The position numbers and the translations under genes are program-made. Below the pieces are notes generated by a model. The model worked only from the letters and a program-made list of their open reading frames with translations, searched no databases and had not been told where the DNA came from. 64,000 nucleotides of DNA from Balanoglossus misakiensis (taxonomy: Eukaryota; Animalia; Hemichordata), in assembly GCA_040954595.2 (NCBI GenBank), contig CM082581.2, positions 11,840,286 to 11,904,285 of the forward strand, given 5' to 3'. Position 1 is the first letter of the stretch; each line of letters opens with the position of its first letter. This document shows, in pieces, positions 1 to 14,700 of this stretch.

Positions 1-3000
1 AATAATACCTTTCTTGCCTGGTAAATAAAATTAGTTTATCAATAATGTTTGAAATCAGGGAGTACTTTATCATAAGTGTATTCCCAGGTACATCATAAAT
101 ATATTTTGTTGTTCTGAGCATTCAACAAGCTGCTTTGTGTCATTTCTGAGTGATACGCAAATATGTCAGAAAGGGTAGTCCAGTTTTTGATGTATTAATT
201 CTCTGCCAGAACTGATTCATTTCATGATTGATTTTGATTCTCAGGAAAGAAATGGATTGGTCGAAGTAATGTCCGTAAAGTTGCCATGGAACGGTTAAGT
301 GTCATCGATGAATATTGTAGGGTGAGTTCAACAACTTAAAACCTCCTAAACAAGATCCTGTCTGAATTGGGAAATTGGAAATGGGGTGCTGAAAGACACT
401 GCTTTGATGTTTGATGTTTTTTCACTGTAGTGTACGTTAGTTAGTGAGGTTTAACAGTCAACTGAGCAAAATATGTAATTCTGTCTGTCTATGTACACAC
501 ATATACACACACACAAACACACATACAATTGCATGCCATTGGCACTATCACCAGCCCAGCCATAACATCTGCTCTTTTGCATTTACATATTACAGGCATT
601 AATAAGACTACCACCTAAGATCTCTGAGTGTCCTTTTGTATTTAGTTTCTTTGAGACGTTGCCGGAAGATTTAAGTCCTACACTAGCCAATCAGTAAGTA
701 ATCTAGTTCTGAAGGAAATGCTGGAATTTTGCTGCATTGATCATGAGATATTCCTGAACTTGCATTTTACTAAAAGAAAATTAACTTTCATATCTCTTCA
801 TTTTAGGGATCCTAACAGGAAGAAAAATGTCAATGGTGGGTAGTCTACTATGTCAATGTACATTCTTAAATTTTGTCTGTACATTCACAACAAGTTACAT
901 TGCATCTTAACTTTCTTGACTAGAGTTGAGTTGCAGGGAAATTATATCAGATTTAAATGAAATACCGTTCAAGTATTCAGACATGGTGATATACTAGTAA
1001 TACGCTGTTAGATGTTTTGGGTAAAATTATCAGTTGTGTAAATAGGAACAGAAATGTTTCTTAAAAGTTTTTTCCTTTGTTCTCCATTGTGTCAACAGCA
1101 AAAGATACCAAATATAGTTGATGCTATGAACTGAACAGACATAATTGGAATTCTTCACTTTCAGTATGGATCAACAACTGGAAATGAAACGATAACATCC
1201 CCATAAATCTCAGAAATTTGACACCTTTTAAGGGTTGATTCTGTGCACTTTGACCCATGTTTTCATTATCATGATATAAATATTTGTTATGTTTCAGCAT
1301 TTATTTGATATACCCTGGATAAGTCCACTTCCAAACACCACCTGTTGTCCACCCAGTCTTCAAATATTTGGACACGTCGTATGATTTGATTCTAATGTGT
1401 GAAAATATGATTGCTATTTTGTGGGGATGGGTTGGAGGTCATTTGTAGTCATTGAAGATATTTGCGGCAGGTTAATGACCCATACCATACTTGGAATAAC
1501 AGGGGTAAAAAATTCAGCTCCAATGTGCTAATTAATGTAGTATTCATAACACTTTAAATTGAAATGACATCCACATTTAAAAAATAATTTCTTTGCAACA
1601 AAGCCAGTGTGTGTGTGTGTGTGTGTGTACATTCATTGTATTATTTCATTCTATTCGTTCTATCTTTCCTCCTGTTATTTATGCTGGTAATCTTTCTTTT
1701 TCAGAGGCTGAAGTCAACATATCAGAACCAATACAGTTGGATAACTATGTTGCCATAGCAGATTACAAGAAACAAAAAAGCAATGAACTCTGTCTACAAG
1801 GAGGTGACATTGTTGAAGTGATTGAGAAGAATCACACAGGTTGGCCATTAATAAATTCATATTTGTCATTTGTCAGACAGGAATCATGACTGTTTCATAT
1901 GTGTATGTTGATGATTTGGTAATCTTCATTGGTATATTCACTGTCACAATTGGCTTGAATATATTATCCTATATATATATTATATATTATAGGTTGGTGG
2001 TTTGTGAGTCTTGAAGATGAGCAAGGCTGGGTGCCAGCTACTTACTTAAAGAAATCTGAGGAAGATGACAATGATGATTTTCAAAACATTGATGCTGCCG
2101 CTGCCAATGGTGAGTGTCATGAAAAATTGAAATGTGGATGTCATGTGAAATATCTCAATATGTATCAGCAGACTTGGAAGAGTGTCTTTTGTACAATAAA
2201 ACTAACTGTTGGCATCATCATTGTTCTTACTGTTCAACTTCTAGCTGCTTTTCACCGTTTACTAATTGTGAATGTAAATACGCCTCCTTCTTAATTTACA
2301 GAGAAGTTTGTGACTACACACAGTTACACGGCCCAGATGGATGATGAGATGAGTTTTGACAAAGGAGTGGTGGTTGAAGTTGTCAAGAAGAATCTAGATG
2401 GCTGGTGGTTTGTTAGGTAAAAAAGCACATATCACATCTTCGTAAACCACAACCTCTTTCAACATCCCCACTACACACTCATTATGACTGCACAAATTGC
2501 TTCATGGTTTTATACTCTTCAGATACAAAGACAAGGAAGGTTGGGTACCTGCCACTTATTTGCACCAAGTCCACCTGCAACATAACATTGATTCAAAATT
2601 ACCAACGGAAAAGATCGGAAATGTCATGGATCTGACAAAACCAAAACAACAACAAAGTACTCTGCAACCTGTACAGGAAACGAAGAAAGCATTACCCTCC
2701 CGTCTTACTGTACAAACAGATGTTATGGGTAAGTAAACATTATGGGCATTGTTACCTGTAGTTTTGGCTGTAGAGCTTCTTCCCTTTTTCTTCTGTACTG
2801 CATTTGGGATTTGTTGATTCAGTCTGTGCTGCATTGTTCATGTACTTTTCTTTCCTGTTCACAGCTTCTAGCAGATCGCCACTGCTAAGGCACAAACCAC
2901 CCCCACGCAGAGGTTCCATTCAGGTGAGGTGTATTTTCAAGTTGTTTTTGACAGCATAGGGCTTTACTGCCATTGTGCGCAGGAATATATTACTACGTAG

Positions 3001-4055
3001 TGTTAAATGACTGAGTGTGGTCAAGCAATGTGACAAAAGTGTAACAGAAGAAAGTAGTTCCAGGTTTTCTGGTTTCAATGGGCCATTACCTAGTCAACTG
3101 GTACATGAAAGGTCTCATTGTTCCCCAAATTTCTTATTTGAACCTTCTTAATATACCTTGTCCCAATGCTTTAATCTTCTCTCTATTTCAGGTAACACAT
3201 CGGGGCGTTGGCAGTGTCAAAGAGAAGCCAGACTATGTTACCATGGGTGACTTCAGTGCCATGATGCATGATGGCATCAGCTTCAAAAAGGGTCAGAAGG
3301 TCAAGGTGAGGGTCATGAAAAAATAAGTCAATGTACTTGTTCCTGGTGGTATTTTTGTTTTATCGGTAAAATGTGGTATCATATTTACTTTGTTGATCTG
3401 TGCTTGTATCTAGGTGATGGAAAAGGCACCAGGTGGCTGGTGGTACGTGAAGATTGAGAACCGTGAGGGCTGGGCCCCGTCCAATTACATCGAGAAACAA
3501 TCTCCAAAGACGGCCGGAACTCCGACCACATCAGGTCAAGGTGAATCTGCAAAAGCAAATCCCTCTGCAGAAGTGAAACAAGGTCGACCTTTCGCACCTA
3601 AGCTTTTGGACAAAAATGCCAACAAAGCCTCTGTTGTACCATCTCCGAAGCCAGTGTCGTCTCCAAAACCAACTCCACCAAGAAAACCAGGTGGTAATGG
3701 TAAAGAAACCAACGAACTACAGCAGGCTTTAGCCGGTCTGAAGCCCACCAAATCCACCATCAAAGAACCAGGAACATTACCAGAGGTGGCCAAATTGCCC
3801 ATGCTACCTCCATCTTCCAGCAAACCCCTGAAACCCAAAGCAACCCCTCCACCCAGGCCACCACCACCAACGGGCAGGGTGGAGAGTTTTTACCGGGTTC
3901 TGGCTGATTACACATCTGTTGAGGAAGGAACATTGTCACTGGACGAAGGAATGAAAGTAGAGGTCATGGAGAAAGGATCAGACGGGTGGTGGCTGATCAA
4001 AACATCTGATCAGAAAACTGGTTGGGCACCAACCACTTATCTGGTTAAGGATTGA
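1..4055 (+). CDS. SH3PXD2: SH3 and PX domain-containing protein 2 (Tks4/Tks5-like NOX organizer/podosome adaptor), 5'-truncated by window edge; PX C-terminal half + 4 SH3 domains
   Basis: Phase-consistent GT-AG exons: <1-20, 245-321, 596-693, 807-835, 1705-1839, 1993-2109, 2302-2416, 2523-2728, 2865-2923, 3192-3305, 3414-4055 (TGA). Translation [52 protein letters not shown] matches the Tks PX domain. Four SH3 domains carry GWW...GW(V/A)P..Y signatures, and KPPPRRGSI precedes SH3-3 as in Tks5. Confidence 0.93.
1606..1628. repeat. (GT)n microsatellite, intronic
   Basis: Run of gtgtgt... visible directly. Confidence 0.9.
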
Positions 4056-5012
4056 AGCATAGGAAAGTTTTCCAAGTATAACCTTCTTAACTCTAGCCAT
4101 TGTGGACTGGAACCTTCAGTTGCAAGGGACCATATTTATTTACTAAGAGGCTTCCAGCTATAAAATACAATTGTATGATTAATTACTGACCGGTTAGCGT
4201 TGGAATACACTATGTTACTTGACCAAATCAATTTGAAATAATTGCCCACTTTCATGTATGTTGCAATAACAAACACACCAGTTCTACAATGTCTTGAAGT
4301 TTGATACCAAGATCCACATATCAGTCCATCATTTTGATATCAGTATTTCAATCATTGTAAAGTCAATTGTGTCTGGTCATTTTTGTCTCAGACTTGTAGT
4401 ACTAGAACTTTTTTCTACAAATATATAGTATAGTATATATGTATATAGTAGTGGTTGAAAGAACAAGTCTACAGTAACAAGAATGCCATCTTTCATGAGA
4501 AAGTATTATCCTATTTACATAAACCATGTTTAGCTGACACTAGATGTAAAGTACATTTCATGTACTGTCTCTCATGTGCTTTATATAAATAATAATGAAT
4601 GTACGTGGTGCTAGTTCAAATAATGGAATCACAAATAATTAATAATGATTTTGAAAAAGTGTTATGGATGGCTGACTGGCTGATATGATTTAAAATGTGT
4701 CAGCATCTCATTTTGTATTAATTTCAATGTGTATTCAATGCAATCACAAACATCTCATCTATGTTTGAAGCTCATGGTTTTTACTTCAGTTCATGTCATA
4801 CTCAATCTCTAATACCTGTGCCAATGAATTCAGTTCAAATATAAAATGCTCACAATTTTACTTCATTAAAATAGTATGTTTTCTTTTGAAATCTTGTATT
4901 ATACATTGTAGTTATTCTTGTGATATTACATCATGATTCATAGATTTTTTGTCACAGACTGATCTGAACACTTTAATTCCACCAAGTGTAACAAATATAT
5001 CTATATAAATGG

Positions 5013-5018
5013 AATAAA
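5013..5018 (+). terminator. Putative polyadenylation signal of SH3PXD2
   Basis: AATAAA about 960 nt after the stop, followed by GT-rich tgtgtgttg / tgtgtgtttg tracts. Confidence 0.6.
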
Positions 5019-5149
5019 ATGTGTGTTGTATAATATTCTGTGTGTTTGCAGTATCTCTTGAATATTTAAAATCCATTCAAAATAATTGATGAGGATGTGT
5101 TTTCGAACCAGCATGGTTATTTACAAATCAATCTTAGTGCCACCAACGG

Positions 5150-5770
5150 TCTGAGTAAAAATAAATGAAGCTTAGGAAGACGTGGACTGAAAAGAGCGTT
5201 CAAATCACGCCCGCTAACACTAGCTGGCGCACTTTTTTGTTACTGGACCCCCTAACTTGCTCAATGCAGGAATGTGTTGCGCCGAAAAAGTTAGTTGGTA
5301 CTGCCCTGATTGTTCTGCTGTACGTCATCGTGAATGTCTTGTCTTGCCATCCTGGCGCGGAGTGCAGTTTGGTAGGATATCCGTAACGTACTGAAAGTGA
5401 CAACAGACATCATGACAGGCATTTTCGGGACTAGTCGCACCCAGGAAGTCACCAAGAGACGTTCTATGTAGTTGTTTTACAGTGCAGTGAACCACCCGTG
5501 GAGAAAGTGGTCTGGTTTTGGTGCGTACACAAATTTTGTCGTCTGCTGCATACAAGTTTGACCAGTCTACCTGTATGACTCTTGGATGGCGTTGATTTTG
5601 ATCTGTGTCAGACTTTAGTAAGACAATACTATTTGTTGTTTTCTCTGTTCACAGGAACTTACTTTTCCGCCGGCCAACTTCTTAGAGGCTGCAGAGGAAC
5701 TTTACCAATTTTGTTCCCGAAAAATTCACCGCCAATTTTGAGTACAGTGCCTTACGCGCGCATCACCATT
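5150..5770 (+). promoter_or_regulatory. CpG-enriched putative prominin promoter/5' UTR
   Basis: CpG is locally common between the upstream polyA signal and the prominin ATG at 5771. A polypyrimidine acceptor (ttttctctgttcacag) ends at 5654, suggesting a 5' UTR intron. Confidence 0.5.
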
Positions 5771-8700
5771 ATGGAGTTCAGAACTTTCGTGTTTGTTGCA
5801 TGTATATTTCTCGCCCTGATAAGTTTCCATCCGACGGATAGTAGAACAAGGAACATTATAACGACTAACGGAAACATAATTTTTGCGGACTTGCCGGCTA
5901 GGGAAGAATATCAGACCGATACGACGTATCAAGCAGATTCCCTTCAGCAATTTATCGACATCGCAGTGAGTTTCATTGATGCGGTTCAAAGGAAACCTGT
6001 ACCCTACAGTAAGTCATACATTGGTAGAAGTAGTGTATTATAATTTTCTGATTTTGAATGCTTGTATTTGGTGCGAGAAAGGAATAATCGAGCGATTTTC
6101 TGTATGAAAGGGGGAATGAAGATATCTTTCTGTGAAAAATTCAAACAAGTTTGCGTTCAGACTTCAGTGAATCTGGCCTGGGTACGTACATGTAGATGTA
6201 CTGTCGGTTTCAGCTAGCTATTAATGTGTAGCTGTGTACATTATCATTCACACTAGGCTAGCTGCAATAATTGTAGCGGGTGCTGCTAGGTGCTAGCAGC
6301 ACCCGCTACAATCGTTGCAGCTACATTCACACATGCTTTTCACCCCTACAGGAATTAGAATCAAAAATCCAAAGCTTTTGCTTTGTGACCACCATACACT
6401 CAGACTCAGAACTGTTTTTATAAGTAGACAACAACTTAGCTTTTATTTCTAATTTTTATATCTTTTTTTTTTTAATATTTGCCAATTATGTATTATAATT
6501 TCTTTCGGAGATTTCGTATATATATATATCTTATTTTCATAAATATAATGTCTTACTTACCTAGCCAACAGAAAACTACTTTTTTCTTATTCTAAATTAT
6601 ACACTTTTACAAAGACAATACATGAAAATTGCTCAGGGTTACAGTATTTTGTGGAATTTCATTTACTTGATTGAACAGATTTCATTCAAAATCATGGCAA
6701 ATATGCCCCACTTAAATAATTACTTAAATTGTATAATGTCTATCCTGAACTATAAGCTTTCATTGCATTAACTTCAATCTTCAAAATTATTTAACTCTAC
6801 AAAACATCAAAAGGAGCAACAATCAGCGCTTGGAAGGAAAATTGCTTTTACAGGCATTCCCTATATTTCTATATTATTTTGATTATCTAATTAACCTGAA
6901 TACTATTTTTAAAGCCTTTCTGCCTCATCTTTTTCGTCAAAAAAGCTTTTAAAGAAATTAGAGCATTTTGCAAGCTCTCCATTTCAAGTTCAGCCACAGT
7001 GAATGATGGCATTTGAGCAATATTATTAAGACATTAAAAATTACATTTCCTTTTCACAATTTAATACATGTTTTTTCCATTTTAATTTGGCAAAACTATT
7101 ATCCAAAAATATAAAGAGGAAACACCAACAGACAATCTATAGGAGGCACTTTGTATATTGGCGACTGGCACGTTAATCAGTACAACAGTATAGCTGGATC
7201 TAATCATTCCTAAATTGACGGAGTCGGACGGCATTATCCCAACCAATCAATTTTAATTTCCATCACCGCGAGATTATGTGTCTTATGACAGCACATCAGT
7301 CAGTGGCAGATTAGTGCCCTAACAAATGCTAAGGTGGCAGACAAAGCTGTACAGCACGTATATTTACATGCATGACCTCACTGAGAAACTTCTTGAGTAC
7401 AGATTTTCCCAGCATCAAAGGAACATCCTCTTTGTGACAGACACCCAATCCTCTTGAAAGAAAATCATAAATAAAAACCCATAAGTTGCAAAGAGTGAAA
7501 ATGTAAAAAAAAAATTCAATGATTTTGTACCTTAATGTGTACTGGAGAAAAAGGAGATTTAAAAATAAATAACTGAATCATTTGAATGCTGCTGTAAGAA
7601 TAAGATGAAAATTGAAGTGATCATTAAAGTGTCTGCAGATGGGAACGTTTAATGGCGTGAAAGTAACTTGCATTGATTTGATTTTAGCATGTAAAAGGTG
7701 TGTGAAGCAAAGGATAGAAGCCTTGCTTCTTTAAACGTGTTTTAACACTTTTAACATGAATGAAGCCATATTTTCAGGCTTTAGCACTCTGGTTTATTGG
7801 TGGACTTTAAACGAGTCCATATCTTCTGTATAGGCTTAAAATTACCTCAATAAAATATCAGATCTGCCAGCTATTACCGGATTGTAATGAGCGCTGACTA
7901 TGGATCTGCTGACGTAGATGTTGGTTTACAGTTTCCAAAGGGAGTGTAAATTTACGAAATAAACTGAGAGTAGAGTTTCACATCCCTTGACTGAAACCTG
8001 TGAGTCAGGCAACCCAGTTATTTCCCATGTGAGATATTACAATATTAGGGCAAAAAGAGTGTACATCAGAGAGTCTATGATTGATGAGGGATTGTGATTG
8101 TATTGCACAAATAAAACATTATGATGATATTAGTGGAACATGCTCTGTGATGTTGGTGGAGACAGGGGGTTTCCTCTGAGGCTCCCGTCCATTTCTTGTA
8201 GAAATACAACTATACTCAAACAACTGGCAACATACGTTGATCACCATAGCTTTCTGATGTTTTTGCTATGTTGATCATCTTATCTTGTGATTTGTTTTAA
8301 TATTTTTTTTTCTAAGATGTACAGTTCTTTAAAATAGAAGATTGCTTGAATGACTATGTAGCTTTTATTTTCTAAAGGAGTATTTTTCATTTTTTGGTCA
8401 AAGTTAACATTTATATTTTTTTGAGTTACAGTTTTCTGTTTTGTATAAAATATTTCCTGGTTTATGATTTATATTTTTTTGCTTTTCACAGATATTTTAA
8501 ACAATTTATACTTTCTATAGTACGATATGTATATTATTGTTTTTGTTAAAAATACAATTTGTTTTTATTGAATCACAATCACAGATATTTTTCTGGGCAA
8601 TTGACATAAAATATACATTGATCTTCTGATAATCTGCACATTTTTTTCTTGTTTCATAGAGACACAATTATACACAATAACCATATGTAATTTCTGGAGA

Positions 8701-11700
8701 ATTTCCTTTTGTAATTCTCAAATATACTGATGTTGACAGTCCTGTAATTTCTGATTTGTGAGTATACACATAATTTGCAACACTGAAGTAGTTGAGATTC
8801 CATTTAAAATTACTTATTCCGAAATACAAGTCAGTTATACACAGGTGTGTACACACATAATTGCAATAATTCGTAGTTCTCTTGTAAAAAATAATATGTG
8901 TGAACATGATGATTTACAACAAGACATGCATTATTAGGGGGCGGGGATGCGCAAAAGTGAGCATTTTCTTGGCCAGGGGGCAACACAAAATCTCTTCTTT
9001 GCTACCGCTAGATCTGGCCTGAGATTATACCCAGCCTCGAACGCCTGTAATGATATTATATACACCAACCTAGCATGTAAACCAGATAACAAATTGACTA
9101 ATGAGTACCTGGGGTATTGATTTTAAGCTGTAAAACAAGATAAGACAATGAAATTCAATATTGAAAATCATTTACAGCTTCCATTATGGCACCTTTAGTA
9201 CTTCCATTTATGCCACCTTAGAGTCGCCATTTACACTACAAATTTCAGTGCTTTTCTTGTTGAGAAATCTAACAGTCCTGAGCAAACATTTGGGAGCAGT
9301 AAAGTGTATTTTTAGATTAATGGTTTGCAGTGGGAATGACACACCAATATATCATTCTGAGATCAATATTGAATTTCATATGTGTGTGCAAGTGCGTGTG
9401 GCATACACATGCCTCCCAGGTATCTGCTTTGTCAAATTTCCTTCATTACAGCTTCTCCCCATACCTGTCATTTCCAGACATTATAAATTATTCATGAGAA
9501 ATATGAACATGAAATTTCACAAGATATCAGAAGGAAAATATCCAAAAATGTGCTTTACATATGTGGGGGCTTGAGGAGGCTTGCAGATTAGTGAAAGCAT
9601 TTGCAGCATAGCATGGAGTACTTTTAAAGCGCGTTTTGGTGTGCTCAAAAGAACACATATTTTCCTCGTCGAGAAAAAAAAATCTTTAAACTCACATGAA
9701 AAGAAGTCTATCTAAAGAAGTATTTCAACGGTGCTTGTGTTGATGGAGTCACTCCACAGTTTACTAGTGCAGAATCTCCAGCCTATTTCAATGGAAATTT
9801 AATCAATATACTCTTTCTCAGGTTTTCTGCATAAAATGAGAAGCCACATGATTCCCGAGAGTTTAGAATAAAGTCTTCAGAAAAGCCAATCATTTTTGCT
9901 GAAAAATTTCAAAGTGTTGTCCTTACATGATGCATATGTTTGGAGGGAGTTGATCGGATAAACCCATGCATCCAAGGCTAGTGTGAGTCTGAGCCACTGA
10001 CTTCAAGACATGTATAAATCTGATTATTTGGTAAAGATGTAGATCAGATTGGGTGATAAACACTTGTGTACCCTAAGTCTGATTGGCTGCGATGACTAGT
10101 ATTAGCTACATCTGGCTCTAGCTTTCAGATCAAGAAAAATATACTTTACTGGTTGCAAGACTCAAAATGTGGAGACATTGCGTTGTTTCTAATACTCTTC
10201 CATAAATGTCCACACTGGTTCGGAGTATGTCTTACATGACTCATACTTTTGGGCTGACTTTTATCTGTATGGTGTCCAACATGTATGTCTATCCCATTTA
10301 TATTGAAATACAAAAGTATCCTGTTCTGTCACATGCATATCAGCAATACAGCATTCAATTTATCCCATGACTTTACCTATTAATATCACCATGTCTAGTT
10401 TAATCCAGATACAAGAAGGATGGATGATTCATCTGCTTTCCTCCTGCAGACATAATTTCACTCAAGGCCAAGTCAGTTATCTTTCGTTCCACAGTTTTCA
10501 TAAATTAGTTCATTATGATGTTCTTCCATTAGTTTAGAGTTTGATCTCTAACGTCAGCGTTATTTGCACTCAGACACTGAAAGGGATTTTGCTGTCCATA
10601 TGTACATTTTAGTTTGTGGACAAGGACGCAATGGTGAACATGAATGAAAAGTACATACACTCAGATGACTGCTGTGCTGATGATGCAGCTGTGAAGAAAA
10701 TTCATTTGGTTATCTTCAGTGCTTTAGAAATCTGTTCAAATATGGGTATATCCTCTGCTGCTTGCTGGATATTCAAAGTATTACCAAACCAAACTGAAAA
10801 TCATTTAATATGTAACAAAAAAAGAAGAAGAAAATAATGATGTTTGTTTTGGTACAACTTTCAAATCGATGAATAGATTTTTCAAAACTCTGTTATGTTT
10901 ACACATGATTGATTTCATTCAAGTGCCAGTGGAAATTGCTGACTATGTCTTCTGTTGCCCTGGGAGACAAGAGTATTATGTTATTATGAATTGTAATATT
11001 CACACCATAGAATTAAGAATTAGATCCCCTTGAAAGCAGTGTTAGGAATGCAAATATGTGTTTGCATGCATGTGATATATTAAAATATTTAAGAACCCAA
11101 GATCATGATAGTGAAAACTCTAATAACTTCTTCTGCCAAATGGACAGGAAAGATTTAAAAGACTGATTTTTCGGATTATCTGAGGAAAATTCCATATACT
11201 CTACCAGTACATCCTTTGTGAATCTACCATTTTGATGAAATAACTATTCATGAACCAAGTAATATTGGCGGAATGTCGGTGAAAAGATTTTTATATGACC
11301 AAGAAAAAAACCATTGAGACATAGTAGGCTGTTTAATGTAATTATAACTTGCATTCCATAACATCCAGTGTATTGAGGATTGAGTGAATGTCTTGAATAT
11401 GAATCGTTGATGACGACAATGAAAAATTTTGCATTTAATTTTGACAGCTTATTTTAATAGAGTAATTGTTCAGAAGAAATCTAGAAACATCCAGGAAAAA
11501 ATCAACGATATCTGCATTTATGGGGCACAATTCAAGTAAAATGCAGTGAATTATCACAGTTGGCATATTTATATTGGCAATCATAATGGACTATACTCTT
11601 TTTATCGCAGAAAAAAAGGCAGTCATATAAAATAGCCCAATGTTTGATGTAAAATAAGTCATGATAATCATTTTGTCTGTGTAAATAAAATTTTAAAACT

Positions 11701-14700
11701 TGAAAAGATTGATCAAATACAGTAGATCATTGTGTGTTGAATACACATCATTTAATGTGTGATTAAAGATAAAGAGGTGTTATGGAAATTGCGCAAAACA
11801 AACATAGCTCTTTATCTAGTTGAAACATGTATGGCATTCCATGATGAAGTTAGCACTGCCTTGTATCTAGTCTGCCCTTTCTTGGCTATTGCTATGTGTT
11901 GAACCATAATTTTCAAATGCACACTGTCCATGTGTGGAACATTTTCCCTCTTTTCAATATGGATTACATGTACATCCTGTATCTCTTCTGTCACAGGATG
12001 TTGTTACTGTCAAATGGATATGAGTGTCACTGTAAAAAGGATGTTGATAAAAGTTATGATGATAATTACATAAGTCCTCCAAGTACATAATATCCGTTTG
12101 ACTGAAACTATTACTATTAGTCAACATTGTTTTTAATAAAGAAGACACTCTTTGTTGTCATGATATCCACCATCCAGAGCATGCAAGGCCCAGGAAACCT
12201 TTATGGAGCATTTGTGAGCAGTAAGCTTCTATCACGTGACACTTCTAGACCAATCAGAATGTCTGGAAATATAGTCAGCATTCTTCAATAGGTTGAACAG
12301 GGTGTTTGAATTTGACTGCTTGCTTGATAGCTTGAAGAAATCATGTGATTCCAAAGAAAAATGGTTGGTGAATAGAGGCAGTACAAGTTAATATGATCAT
12401 AAAAAGAGAGAAATTAAAAAATTTCAAACTGTAGGAAATACCATAGGACTGCTGTAATTGGGCTCGGAACAAAAATGCCATTAATACCTGAAAGAAGTTG
12501 TAATCCCAACTAAGCGATTTAATAACTCTATATATAATTTAATGTTTCATGAAATACCTGGTTTCGTTGAAAGCTTTTTGGTTTTTAATATTGAGCATAT
12601 ATAAAAGGAAACATATAATTGAAACCGATTAAGACCGTTATATTTAGAAAAGAGAAAAAAAAGTGCTGTGAAGGCAAGGAAAGTATAAGAAAGCGGGGTT
12701 TAAATGAGAATAGCAGGTGGCTATTACAAAGAGTCACACATGCGTAGAGTCCTGTTGAGTATTAAAAATAAATCACGATTCTCTGAGCAGTACCTGTAAT
12801 TTTTTGCGTTTTACTGCAGATGTACGAATATTGATGGATGCGAGGCAATCTGTAGACAGCCATGGCTTGTCAATTTGTTTGCCCTATGTCTTCCCTGTGG
12901 TACAAAACGACTGATCTGACCCCGAGTAACAATTGGGAAGGTAGTCTGATGTACATTGTTATTTTTGCGCCTGGAGTGATAGCGCTACAAATTATCAAGC
13001 CAAGATAAAACATTCAGCCTTCTAAATATAGATGTCAGGAATGAGTATTGATTGATGAGTTCTCATGTTGTCTGAGTCACTGGTTTTATGAGCAGAATTT
13101 TTTTAACTTTTGAATCTTAGAACAAGAACTATAAGCAGAAATGGTAAATTTCGCTCCAATAATTGTCAGACATATTCTTAGCTGATATTACCTTAACCAA
13201 AATGTTATATTTTGCCTCATAGTGTACATTAACAATTAAAATAGATTTATTCTGTACGAATAAGACTATTTATCAATCTGTTCAATTTAGTGTACGTGTA
13301 TGGTGGGGGCATTTTTACTTACCGGTATAAGTCAACAAGGTATCAGTAAAAGAACATGTGTGTACATTTTATAAAAATCGTGTAATCTTTAAGTAACTTT
13401 TTATGCCTGCTGATGTATTCAGACATTAGTCATTTGTGGAATTGCTGTCTAAAATCTGTACTCCCAGTTTACAGGTAATGGTTTTTCTTGCCAGAGATGT
13501 ATTCATTGTGCAGGTAAAAAGGCAAATGTTGCCCCAGGCCAGGCTTTGGTACAAGTAAGATTGATGCATGAAAAGGAAATACAAGCCAGTTTAAACCCAA
13601 AATCCCATCCTGGAGACAGAATTGTCTTCAGTCATTTGATGATTAAAATGGATCTTTGTGCTGGTTCTTTGATTTTTATGTATGGCTGAAAATTTCCCAA
13701 CGGAGTCTGCACTTCTTGATATATATGGAGAACTTGAGGTTTTTTAACATTCTCCCAGAGTGCGTTGCGCGTGCGGGAAGAGCTAGTTTTGTGGCTAATT
13801 ACTGTTGAGTAGATTTCACACAAAAGCCCTGCCTGGAAGTGGAATCCAGAAGATGCCTGAAGACACAACCGGAAATATTTCCTGTCTTTGGAAGTAGCGT
13901 GAACAGAAAGTTGGAATTAGAGCGGTGCTCTTGTTATCTCAGCAAAAAGGAAGTTGCCTGCACGTTATGCATACATATTTGTACTTCTTTCTTTTCTCTG
14001 AGGATGTGATGTTTGCGAAGTTGAGTTTTCAGACTTCAGTTCAAATACATCCACATGAGTGTCAATCATTCGTAGAGATTCATTGTTTCCGACCGTGACG
14101 TACACATAAAGCATCAGCTATACCTGGGAATCTGAATACTGTGAAATGGGAGATTTCACAAATATCACAAGAGGCAACTGTTACGCGACGATTAATTTTT
14201 GTGTCTCGTATTTCACTGCCTCGTTATCTCTCAAAAAAAAAAATTTTGTGTGACTTTATTTTCGCGTGTTTTGGCTCTCACGTAGTTCGCGACAGAAGGT
14301 GCATACAGGAACTCTATGTTTATTTTGATGAGAATAGTCGTTAGCAAGGTATCACACTATTATAATCATTGTTGCCTTCCAGTTGGTGATAAAATGTCAA
14401 GGTTTCTGTGTTGGTGTTGACAAATAAGGATTTAGTATCAGTGTGACATCAATGGAACCTATCTCTGCCATCATCCATTGATATTTTTGTGGTCTGATGG
14501 CCTTGTTGAATGAATAAAGCTTGAAAATGCACCTGCAACTTGATCTGAACTGTTGATACCTATACTCTGACAATTTTCAGCCAGGATCGTAACAAGAAAG
14601 AAAACAGTCAAATCCACAAATAGAAAATCAGAACATAGAGAAAGGCTATTCAACTGATCCTTAAAGGTGTGATGATGCCTGACCAATATAATTCAGTTTT

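Noticed and set aside
5582-5770. N-terminal extension of the prominin ORF in the ORF track
   Set aside because: Starts at TTG and runs through an intron-like polypyrimidine tract; ATG 5771 directly precedes a signal peptide
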